DNA of 63,929 bases, filler included, from Octopus bimaculoides (lineage: Eukaryota), in assembly GCF_001194135.2 (NCBI RefSeq). It is 5 parts of 5 records of this genome, joined end to end, with 100 filler letters (N's around TTAATTAATTAA, not from the genome) between each part and the next. Parts side by side here need not be neighbours in the genome. Positions count along the whole stretch, not along the records: positions 31,413 to 55,447 come from NC_068988.1; positions 55,548 to 62,711 come from NC_068986.1; positions 62,812 to 63,929 come from NW_026386465.1; 2 more parts are not named here. One strand, written 5' to 3'. A model generated the notes under the pieces. That model had not been told where the DNA came from. It saw only the letters and a program-made list of their open reading frames with translations, and did not search any database. This document shows positions 52,736 through 63,929 of this stretch, piece by piece (within the stretch, counting starts at the first letter, position 1; every line of letters starts with the position of its first letter). The position numbers and the translations under genes were made by a program.

Positions 52736-55584
52736 AATAATAATAATAATAATCGTAAGAAGAAGAAGAAGAAAAACAGCAACAACAAAAAGAAAAAGTA
52801 TAGTAATAATAATAAATATGATAATAATAACAAGAACAACATTCATAATAATAACAGACGTTCTTCGAATATCATCTCCGCACGGGAGTATTTATCTTCA
52901 ACATCTAGTGCCTGTTTCTTCTCGCTTCACACATACTAACTTTCAGTAGCTTTCCTAGATTGTTAACTCTTCATCGACTTTGGACATCGTCAAGGCAAAT
53001 CAATCATCACAAATGTAAGAATAAATGAGTAACAAAAGAATGCGGTAAGAAATATCTGTATCACGCCAGCCATACGGCGGTTTGTATGAGATTCTGTGCG
53101 TGTGTGTATGCGTGTGTGTGTGTGTGTGTATTCATACACACGCAAACACATAAATACAAGACTAGGTATATATACTTATATGAATATATATAAATACGTA
53201 CCTGCCTATATACACACAGTTATATTCATGCATGTACTTATATATATATATATATATNNNNNNNNNNNNNNNNNNNNNNNNNNNNNNNNNNNNNNNNNNN
53301 NNNNNNNNNNNNNNNNNNNNNNNNNNNNNNNNNNNNNNNNNNNNNNNNNNNNNNNNNNNNNNNNNNNNNNNNNNNNNNNNNNNNNNNNNNNNNNNNNNNN
53401 NNNNNNNNNNNNNNNNNNNNNNNNNNNNNNNNNNNNNNNNNNNNNNNNNNNNNNNNNNNNNNNNNNNNNNNNNNNNNNNNNNNNNNNNNNNNNNNNNNNN
53501 NNNNNNNNNTATATATATATGTATATATGTATATATGTATATGTATATATATATGTATATGTATATGTATATATGTATATGCATATATATGTATATATTT
53601 ATATATATATATATATTTACTTGTAAGGTACCTGCGTATGTGCGTGTGTTCGTGTGTGCACACATTTTATAGAATACATACTGAACAAAAGAAATTAGAA
53701 ATAAATGGTGAAGGAAATCAGCAAAAACACAAGATATATATTTCATCCTATGGCAGTTTCCCCGATCTATCAAGCGATGCATTTATTTTGTCCCAAAATG
53801 TGAACGAATTGGGATAGTCTATGGCACACGGGAAAGAATTAACTCAAACCGAATCTATCTGCTGAAATTCCTTGATTTATTTTCGGCTATTTCTTACCAT
53901 TCTACGTTTTCTTTTGGTAATCTTTTTTACTAAACATTTTATTATTATGTTTTCTTCGTTTTTGGCTGTCTTATTATATACCTCTCTATCTGCATATTTC
54001 AATCTTGTCTGAAGTTCAGGGTGTACAGAATTGCTGTATTTGACATTGACAAGGTGTTTATTGGCATGCGTTCTGGCTTTCTCAATGTGAATACACAAAC
54101 ACACACACACACATTCTCATATATGTGTCTATGTGTGTATGTGTGTCTTAGTGTGTATATAGACATACACTCACATGAACACATATTTATATATATATAT
54201 ATATATANNNNNNNNNNNNNNNNNNNNNNNNNNNNNNNNNNNNNNNNNNNNNNNNNNNNNNNNNNNNNNNNNNNNNNNNNNNNNNNNNNNNNNNNNNNNN
54301 NNNNNNNNNNNNNNNNNNNNNNNNNNNNNNNNNNNNNNNNNNNNNNNNNNNNNNNNNNNNNNNNNNNNNNNNNNNNNNNNNNNNNNNNNNNNNNNNNNNN
54401 NNNNNNNNNNNNNNNNNNNNNNNNNNNNNNNNNNNNNNNNNNNNNNNNNNNNNNNNNNNNNNNNNNNNNNNNNNNNNNNNNNNNNNNNNNNNNNNNNNNN
54501 NNNNNNNNNNNNNNNNNNNNNNNNNNNNNNNNNNNNNNNNNNNNNNNNNNNNNNNNNNNNNNNNNNNNNNNNNNNNNNNNNNNNNNNNNNNNNNNNNNNN
54601 NNNNNNNNNNNNNNNNNNNNNNNNNNNNNNNNNNNNNNNNNNNNNNNNNNNNNNNNNNNNNNNNNNNNNNNNNNNNNNNNNNNNNNNNNNNNNNNNNNNN
54701 NNNNNNNNNNNNNNNNNNNNNNNNNNNNNNNNNNNNNNNNNNTATATATATATATATATATATATCATATACATGCATATAAGTATGACTATGCATAAAC
54801 TGACACATAGTCACACATTCGCTATCACCTTACAGACAGACCAAAAGAGGAATTAGAAAAACACATTTGTGCATTGGCAGAATGAAGTTAAAAACTTAGA
54901 AGACAAAAAGAAATATAGAATATGGAAGGAAAAGGAAACAAACAAAACATATATTTGTAGCACGTTAAAAAAAGAAGTTTCTTGAACAATTGTAAAATAC
55001 GTAAATTGATACAGACAACCAACAGAAGAAAATACCCTAACAGTGACAGCTACACACAGAAATATACCTTAGCGCATTGATAACAGAACTATACACACAC
55101 ACAGACACGAGCGCAAACACACATGATCACACACGCACACGCGCGCACACAGACAAATGCACTGAGATACTCACACTCACACACAGAAAGAGAGACAGAA
55201 CCACACACAGACACATACACACAGACACATACACACATTCCCATTCGCACACGTACACACACACTCACACACAGTGCTAGAGTTGCATTTAAGCACATTT
55301 AAAGCAATAGTAGTACATCTACATACAGATATTTGCCCGCACGTGTGTACGTACACACTGACACGTACACACACAATCAAACATGCACACCTCTATCAAT
55401 CAGTTTGTCTGTCCCTCTGCTTCTCTCTCTTCATCTCTCTATCTAACNNNNNNNNNNNNNNNNNNNNNNNNNNNNNNNNNNNNNNNNNNNNTTAATTAAT
55501 TAANNNNNNNNNNNNNNNNNNNNNNNNNNNNNNNNNNNNNNNNNNNNTACTAGTCAAAGAGATTCGATCCCTGAACTTATTCGT

Positions 55585-55930
55585 GAAGGCACGTGATTCA
55601 GTGGTTAGAACGTCGGGCTCACAATCATGAGGTAGTGAGTTTGATTCCTGGACTGGGCTGTGTGTTGTGTTCTTGAGCAAGACACTTTATTTCACTCAGC
55701 AGTAGAAATGAATTGCGAAGTCACTGGTGCCAAGTTGTATCAGCATTTGCCTTTCCTTTGGATAACATCAGTGGAGTGGAGTGGAGTGGAGTGGAGTGGA
55801 GAGGAGTGGAGTGGAGTGGAGTGGAGAGTGACTGCTGTTCTTCCATAACCAACCTTCCTCAGACTTGTGCCTCGGAGAGGAACTTCCCTGGTGTAATCCG
55901 ATGATCATTCATAAGTGAAGGGAGGTCTTT
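55585..55930 (+). mobile_element. CORE-type tRNA-SINE containing a (GGAGT)n expansion (55770-55826)
   Basis: A box CAGTGGTTAG, B box GAGTTTGATTCC, CORE-like TGTGTTCTTGAGCAAGACACTTTATTTCAC. Confidence 0.85.
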
Positions 55931-55964
55931 ACTCTTACCCTTTAGTGATTCAATCAGTCTCATT

Positions 55965-56222
55965 ACCCGAACTGGTAAGTCACAGGGATGTAAATAAACC
56001 AACACCATTTGTCAAATGGTGAGGAAACACAAATCTAAAGTCACCCCCCTCCACCCACATATACGATGGGCTACGATGCAGTTGCCAAGTACTGAACTCA
56101 ACCATAATGTATTAGATGGCCTAAGGCTATTGTGGAAGACACCGGCCCAAGGTGTCATGCAGAGGAACTGAACCCAAAACCACATGGTTGCAAAAAGAGC
56201 TTCTTAACCAAACATCCAAGCC
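55965..56222 (-). mobile_element. Diverged tRNA-SINE
   Basis: Reverse complement has GTTTGGTTAAGAAG..GGTTCAGTTCC head, CCTTGGGCCGGTGTCTTC core, and a tail related to 30700-30900. Confidence 0.7.
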
Positions 56223-56979
56223 TCTACCTGTACATATGTCACTATTCATTCAGCCCAGTCTACAGCCACACCTGTTCGTTCCATTCTGCTCTATTCGGTT
56301 ATTTTAACTACAGGAGTTGATATGGTTTTCTTGTTGGTTTCTTTAGAATTCCTGAGGATTTTATGAGTCGAGTGGGAGGGTATTTATTTAGTCACTGCAA
56401 TGCACCTACAGCTACTTGAGTTGACAATCCAACACAGATGTTGGTCTAACAGAAGAAATTCTTGTTATCTGGTTACTTTAGAAGTTAGTATATGGTCTCA
56501 GAGTCTTGATCAGATAAGACAGAGATAGAGAGAGAGAGAACGAAACGGTTGCAAGTAGCTCTCTCTCTATTATACAGCCAGTTATAATTATTGTCAGAAT
56601 ACTCACACACATTTACTTCATAGTAGGAAAAGCGAAAATGGTAGAAAAAATTTACCGAGGCATAAGGAGTAATCTGGTTTGCCTAGAGGTACATCGCAAA
56701 CAACACAATGCCAAGATTACTAACGCTTTCATTACATATCTGCATGTTTCTATAACTAACAGAGATACAGAACAAACAAAAAAAAAAGCTAAGACATTAA
56801 CTCATTTGTTACCATATTTCTGTTCAAAAACATAGCCTTTGTTTTAGAAATATTTTGAAGATAAAGAAGAATGTAGTAATATAATTTCGTCATTAATAAG
56901 CTGGTATTTGTTTATTAAGATGGTACTTAGAACATAAATTAACACGAAATCCTGAAGTAAGGTTTTTTATTTAGATTAC

Positions 56980-57197
56980 TTCATCCCTTTTGTTGTGATA
57001 TTTCTGATGCAATACAATAATCTTGTTTCAATTAATTTTTAAAAATAACGAAGCATTTAGTAAAATAACTTCGTTAGCATTAAGCTGATGTCAGGGACAT
57101 GAAATTTGGATGGAAGTTTTTAATTTAGACCATTTTAAAACAGGAGGTTTGTATCTTAGAACCAGGGACAGTCTAAGGTTGGTATCAAAAGGGTTAA
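56980..57197 (-). mobile_element. TTAA-ended (piggyBac-type) MITE
   Basis: Ends TTCATCCCTTTTGTTG and CAAAAGGGTTAA; same family as 60149-60590. Confidence 0.75.
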
Positions 57198-57278
57198 AGA
57201 GTGTATTGAAATTTACATATATGTTGTATGGCAGCAATGTCTATACCATACATACATACATATGCATACATATACATC

Positions 57279-57310
<32 letters not shown>

Positions 57311-57840
57311 AATATATATATATATGCATACACATATATACATGTATATATATATANNNNNNNNNNNNNNNNNNNNNNNNNNNNNNNNNNNNNNNNNNNN
57401 NNNNNNNNNNNNNNNNNNNNNNNNNNNNNNNNNNNNNNNNNNNNNNNNNNNNNNNNNNNNNNNNNNNNNNNNNNNNNNNNNNNNNNNNNNNNNNNNNNNN
57501 NNNNNNNNNNNNNNNNNNNNNNNNNNNNNNNNNNNNNNNNNNNNNNNNNNNNNNNNNNNNNNNNNNNNNNNNNNNNNNNNNNNNNNNNNNNNNNNNNNNN
57601 NNNNNNNNNNNNNNNNNNNNNNNNNNNNNNNNNNNNNNNNNNNNNNNNNNNNNNNNNNNNNNNNNNNNNNNNNNNNNNNNNNNNNNNNNNNNNNNNNNNN
57701 NNNNNNNNNNNNNNNNNNNNNNNNNNNNNNNNNNNNNNNNNNNNNNNNNNNNNNNNNNNNNNGTAGTTCTTTGACTGCTATTTCTAAATTTTCAGTATGT
57801 TGGAGAAGCAACTCAATTGCTAATCCCTGTATATTTATAA

Positions 57841-57877
<37 letters not shown>

Positions 57878-58446
57878 CATACATATATACATACGAGTAG
57901 ATGACATGTTGGGTGAAGTTGAGTGTAATAATACTAACAGGGTTGAACATGTGCTAAAAATTTAAATAACAGAATTTGTTTTAAGTCAACGATTTTCAGA
58001 AATTGATGCAAAATGTCAAGTTATTATTATCATTATTATTGTTTTGTTTTTTTTTCAGAAATGTAGAAACGGCAATGGTTGGTGAAGGCGAAAGTAGAAG
58101 AGAGGAAAACGATGATGATGATGATGATGATGATGATGACGGTGATGATAATTTGCTAATTATATCCTCAAACAGAAAGAGTTTCTTGACATTCATAGTT
58201 GATATGATTCTGGGATAAAATTTGATAATATGAGGATAAGACCACCATTAATAAACAGTGCAGAAGAGACAGATGTCAGTTATGCATAGAACGGTACATA
58301 ATAATCACAATAATGATGAGTTTTTTTAAGTATACGGTGCTCAGGTACTTATAGCTCATCAGAAAAAGGTGAAAAGAGGGGACAGAAAAACCATGATGTA
58401 AGTCAGTTAAAGAAAGACAATAATAAAAGCTAGAAATACATAAGTG

Positions 58447-58848
58447 AAATCGAAATCGAACTAAATTCGACGACTGGCACCCACGCCAACGTCGTCTCCT
58501 TCATTGGACATGAAACTCAGCTTGTGAAGACCTGTTGGTGCAAGCGAAATCGTGATGGCACCTGTGTCTAGCGTCGCCTTTCTGGCACTTGTGCCAATGG
58601 CATGTGTAAGGACTTTCAAGCGAGATCGTTGCCAGTGCCCCTGGACTGGCTCTTGTGCGGTTGGTACGTAAAAGCACCCACTACACTCTCTGAGTGGTTG
58701 GCGTTAGGAAGGGCATCCAGCTATAGAAACTCTGCCAAATCAAATTGGAGCTTGGTGTAGCTATCTGGTTTCACCAGTCCTCAGACAAATCGTACAACCC
58801 ATGCTAGCATGGAAAGCGGATGTTAAACGATGATGATGATGATGATGA
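58447..58848 (+). mobile_element. RTE-type LINE 3' UTR with (GAT)n tail
   Basis: GTTAGGAAGGGCATCCAGC..CCCATGCTAGCATGGAAAGCGGATGTTAAAC followed by (GAT)n. Confidence 0.78.
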
Positions 58849-58929
58849 GTACTCAGATTTAAAAAGAAAAAGGCAGAAAATTAGACAGTAAAAGAACCAT
58901 ATAGAGTAGGGAGCAAAGGAGAAGAAGAA

Positions 58930-59292
58930 GTGAATTTTGGGAAGCATGGAAGTTTTGAAGGACGCAGTGTCCTGATAGCTAATTATTGATATAAGTTGTT
59001 TATCCCATGCTGCAACAGTTGTGAGTGTTAAAAATTGTTTCTACAAGTTATGGGCGTTGTGTTGTGTTTTGATTTTATAAGCGTGTCCATGAGATGGCCA
59101 GAGATTTTGTAGGAAAAGATGGTGGATAATCCCAAAGGCTTAAATTCAGCTGCTTAATGTCAAAACTTTAAGAGTGTCAGAGCACAGAGAAGCATTATGG
59201 TAAGTAAGCAACAGAGGATATTTATCTGATTGCATACTCCAGGACAGCTTCTGGTGGATTGATATTCAGGAGGGAATTTGGGGGTTCCATGG
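58930..59292 (-). mobile_element. CR1/L2-type LINE 3' coding end
   Basis: GHAYKIKTQH..QFLTLTTVAAWDKQL..SFKTSMLPKIH (cf. RGH..KL..FF..RVV..WN.LP..FK). Confidence 0.7.
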
Positions 59293-59315
59293 CCGATGTT
59301 ATTGTTGTTTGTTGT

Positions 59316-59696
59316 TGGCACTCCGTCGCTTACGACGACAAGGGTTCCAGATGATCCGATCAACGGAACAGCCTGTTCGTGAAATTAACGTGCAAGTGGC
59401 TGAGCACTCCACAGACACATGTACCCTTAACGTAGTTCTCAGGGATATTCAGCGTGACACAGAGTGTGACAAAGCTGACCTTTTGAATTACAGGCACAAC
59501 AGAAACAGGAAGTAAGAGTGAGAGAAATTTGTGGTGAAAGAGTACAGCAGGGTTCGCTACCATCCCCTGCCGGAGCCTTGTAGAGCTTTAGGTGTTTTTC
59601 GCTCAATAAACACTCACAATGCCCGGTCTGGGAATCGAAACCGCAATCCTATGACCGCGAGTCCACCGCCCTAACCACTGGGCCATTGCGCCTCCA
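59316..59696 (-). mobile_element. Full-length OR-like tRNA-derived SINE
   Basis: Reverse complement GGAGGCGCAATGGCCCAGTGGTTAGG..GGTTTCGATTCCC; colinear with 35491-35870. Confidence 0.92.
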
Positions 59697-59869
59697 CTCA
59701 TAGCCGATATATAACTTCAAATAGATAGCTGATGAGTGGCTTACAAAGGTCATGGTGAGTGATTCTAAGAAACCATTGACATTTCCTTCATATCTGAGAA
59801 TTCATGCAGGATTAAAACCTGTATATGACCATAAAAAAAAATGAAGTCTTAAAATTTCCCTGTATTTAG

Positions 59870-59983
59870 ATTAAACATTATGGTAAGCTTTCACAATCTG
59901 GAAAATAAGGACAGGATGCAACTGTTAGCTACAGGTGTCGTCTATATACTGAATATTTCATATGCTTGGTCAGATGGTTCCAG
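59870..59983 (+). CDS. Candidate exon D (114 nt), possibly the first coding exon of a secreted or membrane protein
   Basis: Acceptor aaatttccctgtatttag| and donor CAG|gtgagt; open frame MVSFHNLENKDRMQLLATGVVYILNISYAWSDGS with a signal-peptide-like stretch. No homology recognised. Confidence 0.35.
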
Positions 59984-60148
59984 GTGAGTTTATGTTCAAA
60001 TAAGTAGGAGCAGGTTTTGTATTGTGAAAATGCAACCAGGGGTATATATGGGTTAAAAGGCTGTAGAATTTTGTTTGCTGAAGTGTAACAATTTGCATGC
60101 TGAGTTAGAATGAGTCTATTTAATATCTGTAACTCAGTTTTCATCTGG

Positions 60149-60590
60149 TTCCACGAAACCAACCCACTTGAGACAACCCCTAGTTCAATGATATTTGATT
60201 CCACAAAACCAACCCACTTGAGACTACCTCTGGTTCTATGATATGAATTCATTGCTTTAAAATAATCTGAATTAAAACCTACTTCAATTAAAATTTCATG
60301 TTCATTTATGCTCCAAACATCAACTTAATGACATGATTATTCTTCTCAATTCATCATAATCTTAAAAACAATTAAATGAAACAATGACAATGTACTTCAA
60401 CAGAGATATGGTAACAAAAGGGTTGAAGTTATCTAAATTAAAACCTTGCTTCGACATCACTGGTTAATGTGTGTTTCAAACACCAGCTTTTTAACGACAA
60501 AGTTATTTTGCTAAATTTTTCATCATTTTCGAAATGAATAAAAACAAAGACGATGTGTTTCAATAGAAATGTGGTAACAAAAAGGGTTAA
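60149..60590 (+). mobile_element. TTAA-type MITE with duplicated head (50-bp period) and duplicated tail (~165 bp)
   Basis: AACCAACCCACTTGAGAC twice (60157, 60207); two right ends GGTAACAAAAGGGTTGAA (60427) and GGTAACAAAAAGGGTTAA (60590). Confidence 0.75.
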
Positions 60591-61692
60591 GGGGGTGGAT
60601 AGGTGCTCTTGGCTGTTGCAAGTCCTTCTACAAAGGTGAAATCAGTGCAGATCATGCACAGTCTTAACATCTGTGGTTTAATGCCAACAGACAGAAAAGA
60701 TAATAGAGAAAGAGAGAGGGAAAGAGATAAATAGAAAGAGAGGTGGGGCTCATGGGGGAAGAAACCAGGGTTTTGGTTTGAAAGAATACATGCAACAGAA
60801 CAAACTCTGCTAAAGGCACTAAAGAACCAGTCTTTGGTGTTAAACCCTGCATTATTTTAAAATCTGTCGGAAAGAAAATATTTTATCTAAATAAAAACAC
60901 CGTGATGGACTTGTGCAGGACTGCAATACAACATCTGCTCATTATCATAAATCCTACAGTTTCTAGTCCTAAAGATTTCATGATTAATTACCATGAGATG
61001 GTACTAATTATTGCTTCACACCAAATTTCTTCACATAGTCTCTAATCTCATTGAACATCTTTTATCACCAGGGCCAACCTTCCACTGGGTGTGTATCATC
61101 TACTCATATTATATGTCTTCTATATGCCACAGACCTGTTTAAGACACAGGTGCACATTACACATGACCCATGAGTCTCTCGGGTTCCCACGTACTCTCAT
61201 TTAATGAATCACAGTTAAAATATATCCCTTTAGACCACAGCATTGTGACATTTAAGCACAAGGAGTTTGGGGCAGCATTTATATTTTTAACACTGCAGAC
61301 ACTACCAGATTGAGTGGTCCTGCCCAGGTGTCAAAACCATAGTGAGATCTGTTTGGACAGCTGATGATGGGAATTCACATATGTTATCCTTGACTATGAA
61401 CTCTTTATATTTTAGACTTGTTATTCCGGGTTGTCTTTCATCCTTGTAACATGGAAATTGTTTGTGGATTCATAGTCTGTGGGGATTGTTTACTTTGTAT
61501 GGTTTTGTTTTCTCCATAGGTAACCTTGGCTATTTTGAGAAGATTCTGTGGTATATAATATGTGACAGTAAAATTGAACTGACCAGTCCGTTATATATAC
61601 TACTGGTCACAGTACAGTTCTTTGCATTGTTATAGCTTTAAAATGATGTCACTCTGCTGGAGCCTGAACTTACACACACACACATACACCTA

Positions 61693-61728
<36 letters not shown>

Positions 61729-61737
61729 CATCTATCT

Positions 61738-61968
61738 TATTTCTTTATTGTTCACAAGGGGCTAAACACAGAGGGAACAAACAAGGACAGACAAATGGAT
61801 TAAGCTGATTATATCGACCCCAGTGCGTAACTGGTACTTAATTTATCGACCCCAAAAGGATGAAAGGCAAAGTCGACCTCGGTGGAATGTGAACTCAGAA
61901 CATAACAGCAGACAAAATACCGTCAACCATTTCGCCTGGCGTGCTAATGTCTCCGCCAGCTCACCACC
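61738..61968 (-). mobile_element. OK-like SINE inserted in a (TATC)n tract
   Basis: Close reverse-complement match to 18146-18376; (TATC)n on both sides. Confidence 0.92.
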
Positions 61969-62184
61969 TATCTATCTATCTATCTGTCTATCTATCTATC
62001 TATCTGTGTATCTATCTGTCTATATACNNNNNNNNNNNNNNNNNNNNNNNNNNNNNNNNNNNNNNNNNNNNNNNNNNNNNNNNNNNNNNNNNNNNNNNNN
62101 NNNNATATATATAAATATATGCATATGACCACTAAATCCATTACTTTTGTTATTCTCTATCTGTTTATTTTCTCTTACTCATTC

Positions 62185-62285
62185 CTGTTGAAGAGCGTAG
62201 GCTCAAAACATAAAAGACATTTTTATTTTCCCAAGCGTCAATCTAATACACCTGCTTGTTTTTCATATACCTGTCTTCATTGTTT
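62185..62285 (+). mobile_element. PLE pLTR with decayed HHR, same family as 1640-1770
   Basis: CTGTTGA-A-GAGC-gtag-GCTC-AAAAC-ATA-AAAGAC..CCCAAGCGTCAATCTAATACACC..ACCTGTCTTC. Confidence 0.75.
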
Positions 62286-62521
62286 ATCTATCTATAAATT
62301 TCAGCTACATACATACATACATACATATATACTTTATTTGCGAGTTAACAAAGTCACCAATAGTTTCATGCCAAAAGAAATCTATTAGTAACCTTGTTAG
62401 CCCACAAATAAACAATATTTATCCAGCAATGTGGTGCTGAGCATTCATTCTTACTGTTTGATATTAACACATGTGTGTGTGTGTGTATGTGTGTGTGTAT
62501 GTGTGTGTATGTATGTGTGTG

Positions 62522-62605
<84 letters not shown>

Positions 62606-62613
62606 TATGTATA

Positions 62614-62711
62614 TGGGCAAAGTTTAGAGAGCTCTTACCCCTGCTGGCGACAAAGGGACTCTCACTCAGAGTAAAAGGCAGACTGTATGACGCATGCGTA
62701 CGAACAGCCAT
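62614..62711 (+). mobile_element. RTE-clade LINE fragment truncated by a linker
   Basis: WAKFRELLPLLATKGLSLRVKGRLYDACVRTA. Confidence 0.85.
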
Positions 62712-62852
62712 NNNNNNNNNNNNNNNNNNNNNNNNNNNNNNNNNNNNNNNNNNNNTTAATTAATTAANNNNNNNNNNNNNNNNNNNNNNNNNNNNNNNNN
62801 NNNNNNNNNNNAAAAAAAGAAACATATAATATAAAAGTTAAGTTAAAAGTAT

Positions 62853-63929
62853 GCATCTACGAGTGAATTTATTAATAGACTTAGATGGCGTGCTTTTTAC
62901 CTCGATATGTCCAGAAATTCAAAGATAACAAAAACACCCAACCTAATAAGCAACCTAACTGAACCAGAAATCTCCGAAAATTTTAATTAAAAATCTTACA
63001 GGAACGCTCCACCAAACTCCGATCTTGCAAAATTTGAAAAGGACTTGATACGCATGATAAAAAACCTTAAATATTCGAACTATGGAAATGCCTTCCAAAA
63101 TCAATTACAAGAAACAATAGCTAGTCTCAAGAATGCTCCCAATCTACACATTCTCTCAGATAAAACCGGAAATATCTACTCTGTGCCATTCGAAACCTAC
63201 AACATGCTAATATCCAAGGAACTCCACACCAAATATAAAATTGATAAAAAATCGAATCTGAATGACATTAACAATAAACACTACGAAATAATTTCGAAAT
63301 TGGGAATATTAGATCGAACACAACCGTATGATCCCAAAACTCCACACTGCACGTTAAAGGACCACAAGAATGACTTCCTTGCCAAACCAACAATACGCCT
63401 AATCAGCCCAACTAAATCGGACTTGGGTAGGATTAGCAAATGTATTCTAGATCGGATTATACCAGTGATAAAGAAAAAAACACAACTCCCTTTATGGGAA
63501 TCAACAAATGATGTTATAGTCTGGTTCCATAAACATGAACATCATAAAACTTCATCCTTCGTACAGTTCGATATTTCAAATTATTACTCTTCGATCTCCC
63601 CAATTTTATTAAATAAGGCAATTATTTTCGCCCGCAAGTATATTGAAATTTCAAGCTTGGACACTGATATTATTCAAGCGGCTCGTATGACTCTTATTAG
63701 TTATGCAAACCAGCACTGGTCCAAAACTGATTCTTTCAACCTTTTCGATATTACCATGGGATCCTCCGATTCTGCCCAAATAACAGACCTAGTGGGACTA
63801 TTTTTGTTGGATAAAATCAAAAGACAATTTCCCTCACTCTTTGGAGGTATATAGAGAGATGATGCGTTATACATCGTGCCTAATCACTCAAAACCTCAGA
63901 TTGAGAGATTGAAGAAAGATCTGAGGGCA
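62853..63929 (+). pseudogene. Penelope-like reverse transcriptase (Naiad-like), relatively young, nonsense-disrupted, runs off the window
   Basis: One frame without frameshift: FINRLRWRAFY..PP..FEKDL..SDKTGNIY..TLKDHK..RLISPTKSDLGRISK.ILD..QFDISNYYSSI..FDITMGSSDSAQITDLVG..GI*RDDAL. Stops at 62988-62990 (TAA) and 63852-63854 (TAG at the Y of YRDD). Confidence 0.93.

Noticed and set aside
53820-54110. Tc1-like peptides MAHGKELTQTE (+) and ELQTRLKYA (-)
   Set aside because: Short matches on opposite strands with no TIRs identified.
1283-57965. Long ORF-track entries rich in X, IY, CV, poly-N, poly-L or poly-T
   Set aside because: Read-through of N gaps and simple repeats; not coding.
33539-59696. 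tRNA genes at the SINE heads
   Set aside because: A and B boxes are present, but the heads continue into shared SINE bodies and lack intact cloverleaves.

Overview
AT-rich, microsatellite- and gap-ridden animal genomic DNA, very likely an octopus draft assembly (inferred from OK-like and OR/CORE-like tRNA-SINEs typical of Octopus). There is no prokaryotic content, no CRISPR and no intact cellular ORF; most ORF-track entries are microsatellite or N-gap artefacts. The window is a transposon graveyard dominated by Penelope-like element (PLE) debris: about 10 RT, linker or GIY-YIG remnants, one fairly young RT at the right edge, and several pLTR-like ends with minimal hammerhead-ribozyme (HHR) cores. 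It also holds Tx1/L1, R4/Dong, RTE and CR1 LINE fragments, more than 15 SINE copies, and hAT- and TTAA(piggyBac)-type MITEs. Four artificial 100-bp N44-TTAATTAATTAA-N44 linkers split it into five segments. Four candidate + strand spliceosomal exons (one in each of the first four segments) could form a long spliced 5' leader ending in a signal-peptide-like start, but this model is tentative. Best leads: HHRs with a shared non-canonical CUGUUGA core, a ~1 kb PLE inverted repeat, a tRNA-head/HHR-tail composite, and the candidate gene.
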